A stretch of DNA of 63,516 nucleotides, the filler included, from Octopus bimaculoides (Eukaryota): NCBI RefSeq assembly GCF_001194135.2. It is 4 parts of 2 records of this genome, joined end to end, with 100 filler letters (N's around TTAATTAATTAA, not from the genome) between each part and the next. Parts side by side here need not be neighbours in the genome. Positions count along the whole stretch, not along the records: positions 36,810 to 57,928 come from NC_068986.1; positions 58,029 to 63,516 come from NC_068986.1; 2 more parts are not named here. One strand, given 5' to 3'. A program made the translations under genes and the position numbers. The notes beneath the pieces were generated by a model. That model saw nothing but the letters and a program-made list of their open reading frames with translations, did not search any database and was not told the DNA's origin. Of the stretch, positions 52,915-63,516 are shown in pieces. Each line of letters opens with the position of its first letter. Position 1 is the stretch's first letter.

Positions 52915-53267
52915 TCTACTCGAGGCCTTGTGCCTAGAGTAGAAATATTTTTTGGGGAAAGAGGCTTGTCGATTACATCGAGCCAGTGCGTAACTGGTAC
53001 TTATTTCATCGACTCCGACAGAACGAAAGGCAAAGTTGACCTCGGCGGAATTTGAACTCAGAACGCAGCGGCAGACGAAATACTGTTGAGCATTTCACCC
53101 GGCTATAGGCACAGGGCCTGAAATTTGGGGGTGGAGGATAGTTGATTACATCGACCCCAGTGCGTAACTGGCACTTATTTAATCGATCCCGAAAGGATGA
53201 AAGGCAAAGTTGACCTCGGCGGAATTTGAACTCAGAGCGTAAGGACGATTCTGCCAGTTTACCACCT

Positions 53268-53268
<1 letters not shown>
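52912..53268 (-). mobile_element. Two tandem SINE family B copies
   Basis: GGCAAAGTTGACCTCGGCGGAATTTGAACTCAG occurs twice. Confidence 0.85.
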
Positions 53269-53335
<67 letters not shown>

Positions 53336-53536
53336 TTTGTTGTTGTTGTTGTTGCTGTTGTTGTTGTAATAATAATAATAATAATAATACTAATAATGCC
53401 TTCTATTATAGGCACAAGGCCTGAAATTTTGGCGAAGGTAGCTAAGTCGATTAGATCGATCCCAGTAATAATTATTACAATTATTATTATTGTTGTTGTT
53501 GTTGCTGTTGTTGTCGTTATCGTCATTGTTATTGTT

Positions 53537-53757
53537 AGGGCATTGAGCTGACCGAATCGTCAGCACGTTGAACGAAATGCTTAGCGACATTTCTTCCTGC
53601 TATTTACGTTGTGAGCTCAAATTCCGCGTAGGGCAAGTTTGCCCTTCATCCTTTCGGGGTCGATAAAATAAGTACCAGTTGAGTACTGGGGTCGACGTAA
53701 TCGACTATCCCTCTCCCCCAAATGTCAGGCCTCGTGCCTATAATAGAAAAGATTATT
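53537..53757 (+). mobile_element. SINE family B
   Basis: Aligns with the reverse complement of 45345-45566. Confidence 0.85.
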
Positions 53758-53769
53758 ATGTTTCCAACA

Positions 53770-54720
53770 ATTTCATATAAATTACTACTATACGACCAGC
53801 TGCACCTCCATCTCTCTGTAGAGTGTTCACCAGTGCCCGTGAGCGATGGAGTATTGCGATTCTTTGTTACATCAGTTTTGTTTTTTGTTTCTGCTGTGTT
53901 TTTAGCTTTTCGCCTAATTTGTGGGGTAGAATATGTGTTACATGGGTTTTATTATTTTGCGGGGTGGTGACTGAGCTTCCTATGTGATGTGCATTTGGTG
54001 TTGTGTCTTATGTAGGACAGTGACTGAGAAAATCTATATGCTTTTTGTTATTGTTGCTACCGTCACCGGTGCAATTTTGTTGTACTTGTTAGTTGACTTG
54101 TATGGTTGGATGTGATTTTTTTCTTGTATTTCTTGTTGTCATCGCAACCAAATATTTGTGTATTGAGGTCATATTGCAGGATTCTCCTGTCCGCCGGGTT
54201 TTCCTCTTCTCTCATCTTCAACCTCTGAAATATTTGTAATCTTTCCTGTCGCTCTGGGCCTCTTCCACTCTTCAAGGTTAAAAGTACGTTGAGGCCATAC
54301 CTGTAAGTGCCTGAAGCTGTGTGAAAGTTGTCATTGTTTGCATTTCAGATAATTTTTACAGAGATCGTTTGCATGTGTTTGTTGTCGATGGGGTTTTGTT
54401 TCTTAAAGGTTGTTAAGGCTGTTGTTAAGGCTGTTGTTACCCACTCTTCTCCGGATATTGTCGTTCACGTTGCTGCGGCTTCTGCCGTGACTTTTGATGT
54501 ATTTGATTTAACAGTTGTGATTGTAACAGTCAAGGTATTGCTAGCAGCAAAGGGAAATACTTTTAGAGTTGTCCGTTTCCCCACAAGTGTATCATTTGCA
54601 TTTTCTGCTCTTGGCCGCCATTTTTATGTGCCTACTCTCCTCGAAGCAGAACTATTGAGGACTGACACCCAGATCTTCAAGTACAATCGATACTTTGAAC
54701 ACCATTACCAACCGCATCTG
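53770..54720 (-). mobile_element. Possible 5' UTR and N-terminal ORF of an R4/Dong-type element, decayed
   Basis: Low-complexity T/N/K-rich minus-strand frame ending in a W..RI...I-like segment. Weak, by eye. Confidence 0.4.
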
Positions 54721-56477
54721 ATTTTGTTGGGGGTAAACTTAAGCTATATGACCTCCCTGTGTTCTTCTACTGTTGCTACCTTTATGATCTGCTCCTTGTG
54801 GGGAAGAATGTAGATGTCTCTTACTACGCACATCCGTCGTTCTACATAAGTGGGATCATTGAAAATACTGTGTGTTCTTTTGATTGTTGGCTCTGAACAC
54901 TATCATTGTCCTATGTGGGCGCTTTCTTTGTCAGATATTCCACTGCAGCTCATAACTCTTCAAGTCATTTCTCAATGGGATTGTGATACTTCAACTAACC
55001 GTCTCTACTGAGGACGTACCTCAATACATCCGTTCTTCTGTGGCCGCTGCACCTTTCTTCAGCCAAAAGTATCATTACGCATTGTGGTATTAGCCACCTT
55101 ACGTTTTGCTGTATCATATCAAATTTAATTGGATGTTGTGGAAGTGATTTCTAACTTTTCCTTTTTCTACGTCAGATGAAACTATCACTGTTTCGGCATA
55201 AAAAAACAACCGATTTTTCTTTTATGAATACAAACTTGTTTCAATGAAAGTAAGGCTCCTGTACAGAACTTTGTAAAAAAGTTCTAATCTTCTCTCTATC
55301 CATCAAAGACAGGAAGGATAATGTATGTATTTCAGAGCTGTCTCCATCGCTTCTGATCAAAAATCACGTGGCAGGGTAAAAATCTATTAAGATCTACAAG
55401 GATCTTGCAATTTGAATAAGGGTGTAGGATATGAAAATGAAAATAATGCAAATAACAATTGGAGTATTAAGGATAATGAAGAAGGTCATGGATTAAATTA
55501 TAAATGCCATATTAGAACTTAAAATCTACATACATAAAAAATAGCGTGAAGCGAGATTCAATTCGGTAGGACAATTCATAGCGTACATTTTCTGAAAAAG
55601 ACATACAGCGCACACAGTAAATAACTACTGTCACCCAATAAAGTATCATAATCACATGACACATACTCCACAGAATCACTACCCAGTAATATAACACAAC
55701 CCATACAACGTATAAAACTATACAAATATCATCCGAGACTTTCTTACATTTACAAGGCAAGCAATTCGGAAGGGAGTTGGGGTGAATCGATATAATCCAC
55801 GCCAGTATTACTGATCCCAGAGGAGAGCGGTGAGATCTGCTCTTATATAACCAATACTCGATACTATAAAACAATCAAGACACCGCGACCAACCCATGCT
55901 GCTTGCATAGCGCGTAATTGCAACTTTATGTCACGTCAATCCACACATCAAATACTCCCCAGTTTCACTATTCGACATTGAGACAGCACAGGCCACACAA
56001 CAAAAAATACAAAGATCCTCCCAACAAAAAAATAAAACAACTCACATTGCATGTATCATATACAACAAATAGATGTTGCACGAAAATAATCTCAGAAACT
56101 CATGCACTGATTTCAAACTGATGTGACATACGAATATAATTTAACACCAAGTCACCCTTCCAAAATGTTGTAACATACAAACATAATTTTACACACTGCC
56201 ACCCTTTCAGATCTGTACATACGTCAGGAATCTGACGGGGTAGTTACAGCTTATATAAAACTGTTGACAACAAAATAATTATATTGAAAAAAAAAACAAA
56301 AACAAATTAATAACAAAGCCAATTACTGCTGCAGCTACTACGAATGTAAGTAATTATCATTATTATTGAGTGAGAGAACAGTGCATGCCATTATTATTAT
56401 TATTATTAACTCATCTTTCTATATATTATTATTATTATTATTATTAATAATAATAATAATGATAATAATAATAATAA

Positions 56478-56863
56478 TTGAAATAGAAATTAGCAAAATG
56501 TGGAATCTGAAAACAAAAACAATACCTATTGTCATAGGTGCCCTGAGAATGACAGCGAAACGGGCTGATTACTACCTAGATCAGATTCCAGGAAACCCCA
56601 AAATGGCTGAAGTTCAAAAGATAGTGCTCATGGGAACTGCCCATATCCTACATAAAATACTGTCTATGTGATCTCAAATTTTAAAGCAAACACATAATTT
56701 CCTTATGGTTTCTTAAACATTCACTTGAACAAAACTGTACAAATCCAAATATATGGTACCCTAGGCATAACACCTACATGAACTTCTAACTTGTTGTCTC
56801 TTGAGGTCTCTGGGTGAGACTTGGATCCAACTTGTACAAATGCAAAACAAAAGTCAAACATAA

Positions 56864-56870
<7 letters not shown>
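56478..56870 (+). mobile_element. Third (TAA)n-flanked R4/Dong-type 3' end
   Basis: EIEISKMWNLKTKTIPIVIGAL...QKIVLMGTAHILHKILSM*, a distinct 3' UTR, and (TAA)n on both sides. Confidence 0.9.
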
Positions 56871-56928
<58 letters not shown>

Positions 56929-56958
56929 TAGTAATAATAATTATCATTATTATTAATA

Positions 56959-57180
56959 AAGGCGGCGACCTGGCAGAATCGTTAGCACGCAAGGCAAAAT
57001 ATTTAGAAGCATTTCTTCCGACTTTACGTTCTAAGTTCAAATGCCACTGAGATTGATTTGCTTTCCATCCTTTCGAGGTTAATAAATTATGTACCAGTCA
57101 AAAACTGAAAGCAATGAAATTGATAAACCCACTCCCTCAAAATTTCAGGCCTTGTGCCTATAGTAGAAAGGATTAATATT
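56959..57180 (+). mobile_element. SINE family B
   Basis: AAGGCGGCGACCTGGCAGAATCGTTAGCACG...TTCAGGCCTTGTGCCTATAGTAGAAAGG. Confidence 0.88.
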
Positions 57181-57675
57181 ATTATTTACTTTGATGTATA
57201 ATCAAAATACGATGATGACGATGATGATGATGATAAGGATGATAATAATAATAATGATAATAATAATAATAGAAAAAAATGCTTTCTAATTGATGTATCA
57301 ATACCANNNNNNNNNNCTGATCATGAGCAGAAGTAGTGGGGGAGCATCATAACGATGTGTTGAGAGGAATTCTTTAGGATTTGAATGATTCACCTCTGGA
57401 AACATGGGTGTTTTGTTCAACGTCCTTTTGAGCGTGACAGGCTACTCGACCTAAAGAAAATTCTAACTGGGCTCCACTTGCAAGATCATGCGCTGTTTAT
57501 CTTGATAGGAGATCACCATATCGCGCACATGTGGTTGTGATGCATGTGCCCGGTATACCTTTATCAGATGGGTAGTCATGATGGGTATATTGAGCTTCGG
57601 TATTTTACCCCAGTGTCACTTTGATGGCATGCACTGCTCTCTCACGCAATAATAATAATAATAATAATAATAATA

Positions 57676-57928
57676 AACCCCAAATCCAACCCCAAAAAAC
57701 TCTACCAAGAACTGGGTAAAAATAAAATAGACATTACTGCAGCACCAACAGCAGAAGAACTAGAGAGATTCTGGAAACAAATATGGTCGGTGAAGCAACA
57801 ACCCCAGAAAAGGACCATTAAAACAACGAACTTAGCACCTGAGCAACTCTGGGCCCCTATAACAACTGAAGACGTCACCCAGACACTGCAAAGACTAAGC
57901 AACTGGAAGGCACCTGGACACGACAAGA
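57676..57928 (+). mobile_element. R4/Dong-type pre-RT fragment starting at (TAA)n
   Basis: SNPKKLYQELG...PTAEELERFWKQIW...ITTEDV...LSNWKAPGHDK. Confidence 0.85.
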
Positions 57929-58028
57929 NNNNNNNNNNNNNNNNNNNNNNNNNNNNNNNNNNNNNNNNNNNNTTAATTAATTAANNNNNNNNNNNNNNNN
58001 NNNNNNNNNNNNNNNNNNNNNNNNNNNN
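57929..58028. other. Artificial scaffold spacer N44-TTAATTAATTAA-N44
   Basis: Same 100-bp structure as the other two spacers. Confidence 0.95.
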
Positions 58029-58420
58029 GTACTACAGGAATGCCTGCACGGGTCGCCACTGCATGGTGCCAAAAGTACCGTCCACTGCATCTCACATAAG
58101 AACGAGATACTGCAGCAGCCTCGGTTTCAGAGGACCTCAGCTCTTCAATGCCCTGCCAAAACATTTGAGAGACATGCAAGACATGGATGCGGAGGTCTTC
58201 AAGACAAAACTTGACGCTTTCCTCTCCACGATACCAGACGAACCAATGGCTCGTAATGAGACGCAGTTTAGGGCAGCTGTGTCAAATTCTCTTATACACC
58301 AGATGTGCCATCAAAACTCTTGATTGGACCATGTCAGGTGGGGGAGAAGAGCCAAGCAAGGAACGTGAAAATCACGGTGGTGCACCAGCATGACCAGCTG
58401 AAACACATAAATAAATATAT
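58029..58420 (+). mobile_element. 3' end of a CR1-group LINE with 3' UTR
   Basis: GRHCMVPKV...SLGFRGPQLFNALPKHLR...FKTKLDAFLSTIPDEP...SNSLIHQ*. UTR ends GGTGGTGCACCAGCATGACCAGCTGAAACACATAAATAAATA. Confidence 0.88.
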
Positions 58421-58464
58421 ATATATATATATTATGTGTGTATGTATATATATATATATACACA

Positions 58465-58625
58465 ATGGACTTCCACAGTTTCTATCTACCAAATTTACTC
58501 ACAAGGCATAGGTTGGCCCAGGACTAAAATAGAAGACACTTGCCCAAGGGGGCATGCAGTGGGACTGAGCCTGAAATGATGTAGTTGCAAAGTGAGCTTA
58601 TTGACCACAAAACCATACCTGCACC
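58465..58625 (-). mobile_element. Old, CpG-decayed SINE family A fragment
   Basis: Aligns with 60645-60790 but shows TpG/CpA at CpG positions. Confidence 0.75.
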
Positions 58626-60409
58626 TCTAAGCACAGGATAAATATAATGGTGATTATAGATGAGAGGTCTCAACATCAATGGTTAAAAACTGAGATGAAT
58701 ATAAAATAAAAACTATAACCATATCATCATGAGAGTACCCTATTTTTATGGAAGGTAGTTGGACCTTTAACTTGTAATGGAGTCATAAGAGTGCAACTGT
58801 AACATACAGCATGTATTAGGAATTTTAAATCTTGCAGATTCCATCCTTCTATAGGTTTGAAAGCGACTAATTTCTTTTGAAGAGTAAGCGAGAAATTGAA
58901 GCAAAGACAGAAAAAGAGAAGTTTCAGCCCCTGTACTGGACTGATACTTTATTTAACAATCTTGAAAAAATGACCGGTAATATTGAGATCTAGGTAAGAT
59001 TTGAATTCAAAATACACAGAACCAAAAGGATTATCACAAAATATACTATCCAATGTTCATACAACTATGTCAAATAACTACCTTACTTAACGATGAATGA
59101 GAAAACTGTTCAGTAATAAATATGCAGTGCTCAACATGACACAGATTGTTTAGATAAGATGAGAAGACTTCCTTTAACTGATCAAATCATTTATCTTTTC
59201 ATTTTAAGTTGATCCCTTTCATTGATCATTTGAGTGGGGTTTCTTTTTTTATTATTATTATTATTACTATTTTTAGTTATGATTGTTTTAAGCTGGCTCC
59301 TTTAAATGACTATTTTTAAACTGTTCTCTTTGATTTCCCTCACAGAGTTAAATCACTTAACCAAATTGCTTGAAACTATCACTTTGTACTGATCATTTTC
59401 AGCTGACATTCTTAAGTTAATTCTATATCCTGGAGGCAAGGCATTTCGCAATCCAATCAATTAAATTACATAATTGTAAAATCATCCTTATCATCATCGT
59501 TGTCAGCATTGTTGTCATCATCATCATCATTATCATTTTTATATTGACTTCTTTCACTTTTTCATATGGGATGGATAAAACTTATTGAAGCTGTATGCCT
59601 TTCCTATTGCTAAATCTTGTTTTTCAAATAATTTATTTTCATTTGACTGGTCTTTATACGAAACCAATATATCTAACGAACAACATGACTTATTGCTTAC
59701 AACTGCACTGCCACTTAAATGTCAATGCAAAGACATGTGGAGACAACACATTTGTACACCTCCCCACTATATGTATGTATGTACGCATGTGGATATGTAT
59801 GCATGTATATATGTATGCATGTATGCACGAATATATGTATATAAGTATGTATGCATGCATGGATATATATATATGTATGTATGTATGTATATATATATAT
59901 ATGCATGCATCTTACATGCATACATGCATACATGATTACATACACCTGATGGAGAGATTCCATTTCTGGAGTTGTGGGGAGCATGTAGTCACTCCTTAAT
60001 TACCACTACTCCAAGGCCTGTTCTGACCCAGAATGGTAGTACCTGTCAGGGTCCCATTTATGAGTTAAATAGATTGTCCTAGGCTTGACATTCAACTGCA
60101 TCTAGTGGTGAGACTCCAGTTTGGGAGTTCTAAAGTTGTGGGGTATATGGAGTCACCCCTAACTACCATTACTCACAGGTCCACTCCTGTTATTTTTGAC
60201 AAAGCTGTGGGGAAGACAACACTTTTAGGGGAAAACTACTCTGGCATAAAACCTGTGGTCAAAATAGCACCAGTCATCTTGCAACTTATTATGGCAACAT
60301 ACTATGGCAACCAAAAAACCTGGAACCTGTTATGGCAACCAAGAAAGTGGCAAAAGTATTGTACAAGCTTTGGCTATTTAAATCCAATGGTGTACAGATG
60401 TCTTACTGT

Positions 60410-60795
60410 CCTCTCTTTTCTCTCTTTTAATTGTTTCAGTCATTTGACTGTGGCCATGCTGGAGCACCACCACCTTTAGCCGAGAAAATCGACCCAAGGA
60501 CTTATTCTTTGTAAGCCTAGTACTTATTGTATCAGTTTCTTTTTGCCGAACCGCTAAGTTACAGGGACGTAAACACACCAGCATTGGTTGTCAAGCGATG
60601 GTGGGGGGACAAACATAAACACACATACATATATACGACGGGCTTCTTTCAGTTTCCGTCTACCAAATCCACTCACAAGGCTTTGGTCGGCCCGAAGCTA
60701 TAGTAGAAGACACTTGCCCAAGGTGCCACGCAGTGGGACTGAACCCGGAACCATGTGGTTGGTAAGCAAGCTACTTACCACACAGCCACTCCTGT
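60410..60795 (-). mobile_element. Near full-length SINE family A
   Basis: Reverse complement of 33082-33506. Confidence 0.9.
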
Positions 60796-61269
60796 CCTTT
60801 CATTTTTTGATGCATTTTATAAAGTCCTATGATGATAGATGCATGGCAACATGTAAAGTCATATCCATGCTCATGCAAAGACAGAAGTAAATCAGAAGAA
60901 TCAGGCTGAATGTGAGACAACTGTTAACTGACAAGATGAAGCGATTGTCATCATATGTATAAATCAATAGAAAGAACACAATCAAATTGTCAATTTCCAT
61001 GAGAAGTGGGGAAAAAGAAAGACAGCAGTGTTTTACATCCCCTATTTTTGAAAACTGGCTGCAACTGATGAGAAATGCAATGCAACACAATGTGAGTTTC
61101 ATATGTAGAAAGGAAGTAATAGGAATGGGAAGGGTAGAAGATAAGGGAAATGAAATGAGAAGGAGAAGCAGGTGAGGTGGAGGTGGAGGGAAAACTGAGA
61201 TAAGAAGGGCATTGAAGGATCAGAAAGGAATTATTGAACTAAGAAGAGATGTAGGATTAGAAGGGAAAA

Positions 61270-61930
61270 CATTCATTTGAATCCATTGGTGATATCATAA
61301 CAAGTTTGAATATGAAACTCTGTTGCTTCTATTTCCTTGACTATGCAGCTGCATGATGGGTATATGCCACATAGAGATAGGTGAGTAATGAAATGGCTTA
61401 CGTTGAAGTGGATGATGACAGGTTGGCAAGGCATACATAGTAGAGTGCTTCGAGAGTGCTTCCAAAAACTGATCAACAAGGTGACAGCCTATTTTCCCAA
61501 TTCAAAGAGCATTGCAAAGTTTGCAAATGATACAATAGAAGTTCTAGATTATATGGTATTGAGACTTAAGCCTGGTGATGATTGTAGTATTGTTAATATA
61601 GGGGCAGGTGTTGCATCATTGGTAAGGACACTTAAAAGTGCCTGGTTGTGTGGTGCTGGATGCTATAGAGTTTCTTAGTTGGAGGTTGCCAATGTGCCTA
61701 TCTTTTTTTTGAGAGAGGTGGGGCAGGAGAGATCAGAATAGTTGTGGGGTGAGAAATACAATTCAGAAGTTGTGGATGAATTTGTTTTTCAGTGGTAGGC
61801 CAGATGGGAAGAAGGTGTGAGAGAGAGTGGAACCCAGTCTCTGGGTGTGCATAAAGAGGGTAGGAGAGCTGCAGTGCAATCAGTGGCACCCATTGGAGTG
61901 TAGGGTTTGCAACAGATCAAGGGTTTCAAT
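61270..61930 (-). mobile_element. Penelope-like element C-terminus (thumb, Zn finger, GIY-YIG), CpG-decayed
   Basis: Minus strand PGTFKCPYQ*CNTCPYI, FYCIICKLCNAL*IGK, PVIIHFN..H, frameshifted FIFKL...P.DSNECF. Confidence 0.8.
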
Positions 61931-62149
61931 TCAGGAAGAAATGTCATATTGTGTCATTTGAGAATTTGAAATTCAAATCAATGCTGCAGATTCAGTGAAG
62001 CTGAAGGAATTGAAACAATGATGATACAGACTTGGTGTGTTTGGGGTTACACAGTTTGACAGAATCTAATTAACATACAGGCACACATATATGTACATAC
62101 TTGTGAACATATAATAAAGGTAAGCATACATCCATGTATATCATGCTGA

Positions 62150-62350
62150 TCATCATCATCATTTAACATTCATATTCTGTGCAAGCATAGGCTGGATGGT
62201 TTGACAGGCTCCAGTGAATCCAAGGACTTCATTGTGTTCCAATATCTGCTCTGACACAGATTCTATGACTTGATGCCCTTCCTAACACCAAACATTTTAC
62301 AGTGTGTACTACATACTTTTTTCATGCCACTCACCAGCACTAGTGAGATG
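62150..62350 (-). mobile_element. Probable SINE/RTE-type 3' end with (GAT)n tail, CpG-decayed
   Basis: Minus strand ends ...GTCAAACCATCCAGCCTATGC...GTTAAATGATGATGATG. Confidence 0.55.
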
Positions 62351-62924
62351 GCTATGAAGCTTGCATGACTATGAATCCTGGTAGGGGTGGGGGTGAGTTT
62401 ACACCAGGAAATCAAAGAACAACATTGACCTCCTGAACTTGAAATCATAGATTTTTAAAAGATGTAGGCATCTTGACAAGTAACTGTTATCAAATTGGAA
62501 GAAGCCCTCCTTGCAAAATTAGCCACACAATGTAACACCTTGTGGTGATCAATGTAAAATGTGAGTAGAGAGGGACAATGTTAACAATAAAGGATGGATG
62601 TCAAGTGAAGTGGTTCTAGGTTGTGAGAAAGATAACTCATTTCACTGAAAAGATGATGATAAAATTTGTAGTTCTATTCTCATTTACTTACAATAGTAGA
62701 ATATTGCAATTAGGCAAGTGATACAAGATCAGTGGTAGAGAGAAGAAAGGTTGGAAAGGCTTCTTATGCAACATGGACAGAATCTCAGGTTTGCTGAGAT
62801 GAGCCAGTACTACACATCACTTGGCATCCTGGTCATTTGACATCCGCTCTGCAGAGTCCGAAGTCCTCAAATCAACCAAAGTATCTCACTCCATGTCTCC
62901 CTGAGTCTCCTTTTCCACAAGGTC

Positions 62925-62954
62925 CCTTATATATATGTATGTATGTGTATATAA

Positions 62955-62986
<32 letters not shown>

Positions 62987-63484
62987 ACACACACAGACAA
63001 ACACACACAAACAAACACACACACATATATGTTGTACATATGTATGTATATATATATGCATAGATATATCTATGTATGTGTATATATATGTATGTATGTA
63101 TGTGTATGTATATATATATTTATGTTTGTATATATACATATATATGTTTGTATATATACATATATATGTATATATATATGTGTGTGTATATACATATATA
63201 TGCATATATATATATATGTATATAAATATGTGTGTGTGTATATATACATATATATGCATATATAAATGTATATATATATATGTATATAAATATATGTATG
63301 TATGTATGCATATATATATGTATATATATACATATATATATGTATGTAAATATATATATATGTATGTATATATACATATATAAGTATATATATAAGTATG
63401 CATATATATATACATATATAAGTATATATATAAGTATGCATATATATATACATACATATATATGTATGTCTATATATAAGTATG

Positions 63485-63516
<32 letters not shown>
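62925..63516. repeat. (TA)n/(TATG)n/(CA)n microsatellite mosaic
   Basis: Direct inspection. Confidence 0.95.

Noticed and set aside
54560-54720. Possible HDV-like ribozyme at the putative R4 5' end
   Set aside because: I could not build a consistent P1/P2/P3/P1.1 pseudoknot by eye. It needs a descriptor search on a consensus.
55020-55065. Hammerhead-like CUGAAGA...GUA on the minus strand
   Set aside because: No GAAA and no stem I pairing.
57319-57665. GC-balanced segment ending in (AAT)n, possibly another SINE or R4 3' UTR
   Set aside because: Single copy in this window with no diagnostic motif, so it cannot be classified without a search.
60910-61110. CTGATGA-type motifs near the minus-strand Penelope fragment
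   Set aside because: Core nucleotides or stem I are missing. Too decayed to call.

Overview
AT-rich eukaryotic (animal) draft-assembly DNA, not prokaryotic. The density of (TA)n, (CA)n, (TATG)n and (TAA)n microsatellites and the SINE/LINE families resemble a coleoid cephalopod, probably Octopus (inferred from repeat style, not verified). I found no convincing host gene exon, rRNA, tRNA gene or CRISPR array. The window is a mass of decayed transposons. These include at least eight R4/Dong-type RLE retrotransposon fragments, an almost complete decayed L1/Tx1-type ORF2, a Ty3/Gypsy pol with PPT and 3' LTR start, several Penelope-like pieces, CR1-group and RTE 3' ends, a Charlie-type hAT element, TIR/foldback elements, a probable HINE and many tRNA-derived SINEs. 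Many N gaps are present, and three identical 100-bp spacers (N44-TTAATTAATTAA-N44) mark artificial joins. The main leads are: (1) two different minimal hammerhead ribozymes bracketing a ~4 kb Penelope-like element; (2) R4-type families that appear to partition microsatellite targets, (TAA)n versus (TACA)n; (3) a SINE 3' tail shared with a CR1-group LINE 3' UTR; (4) a sharp CpG-depletion step after the last join. All alignments and counts were made by eye and coordinates are approximate. Nothing here is shown to be novel without database searches.
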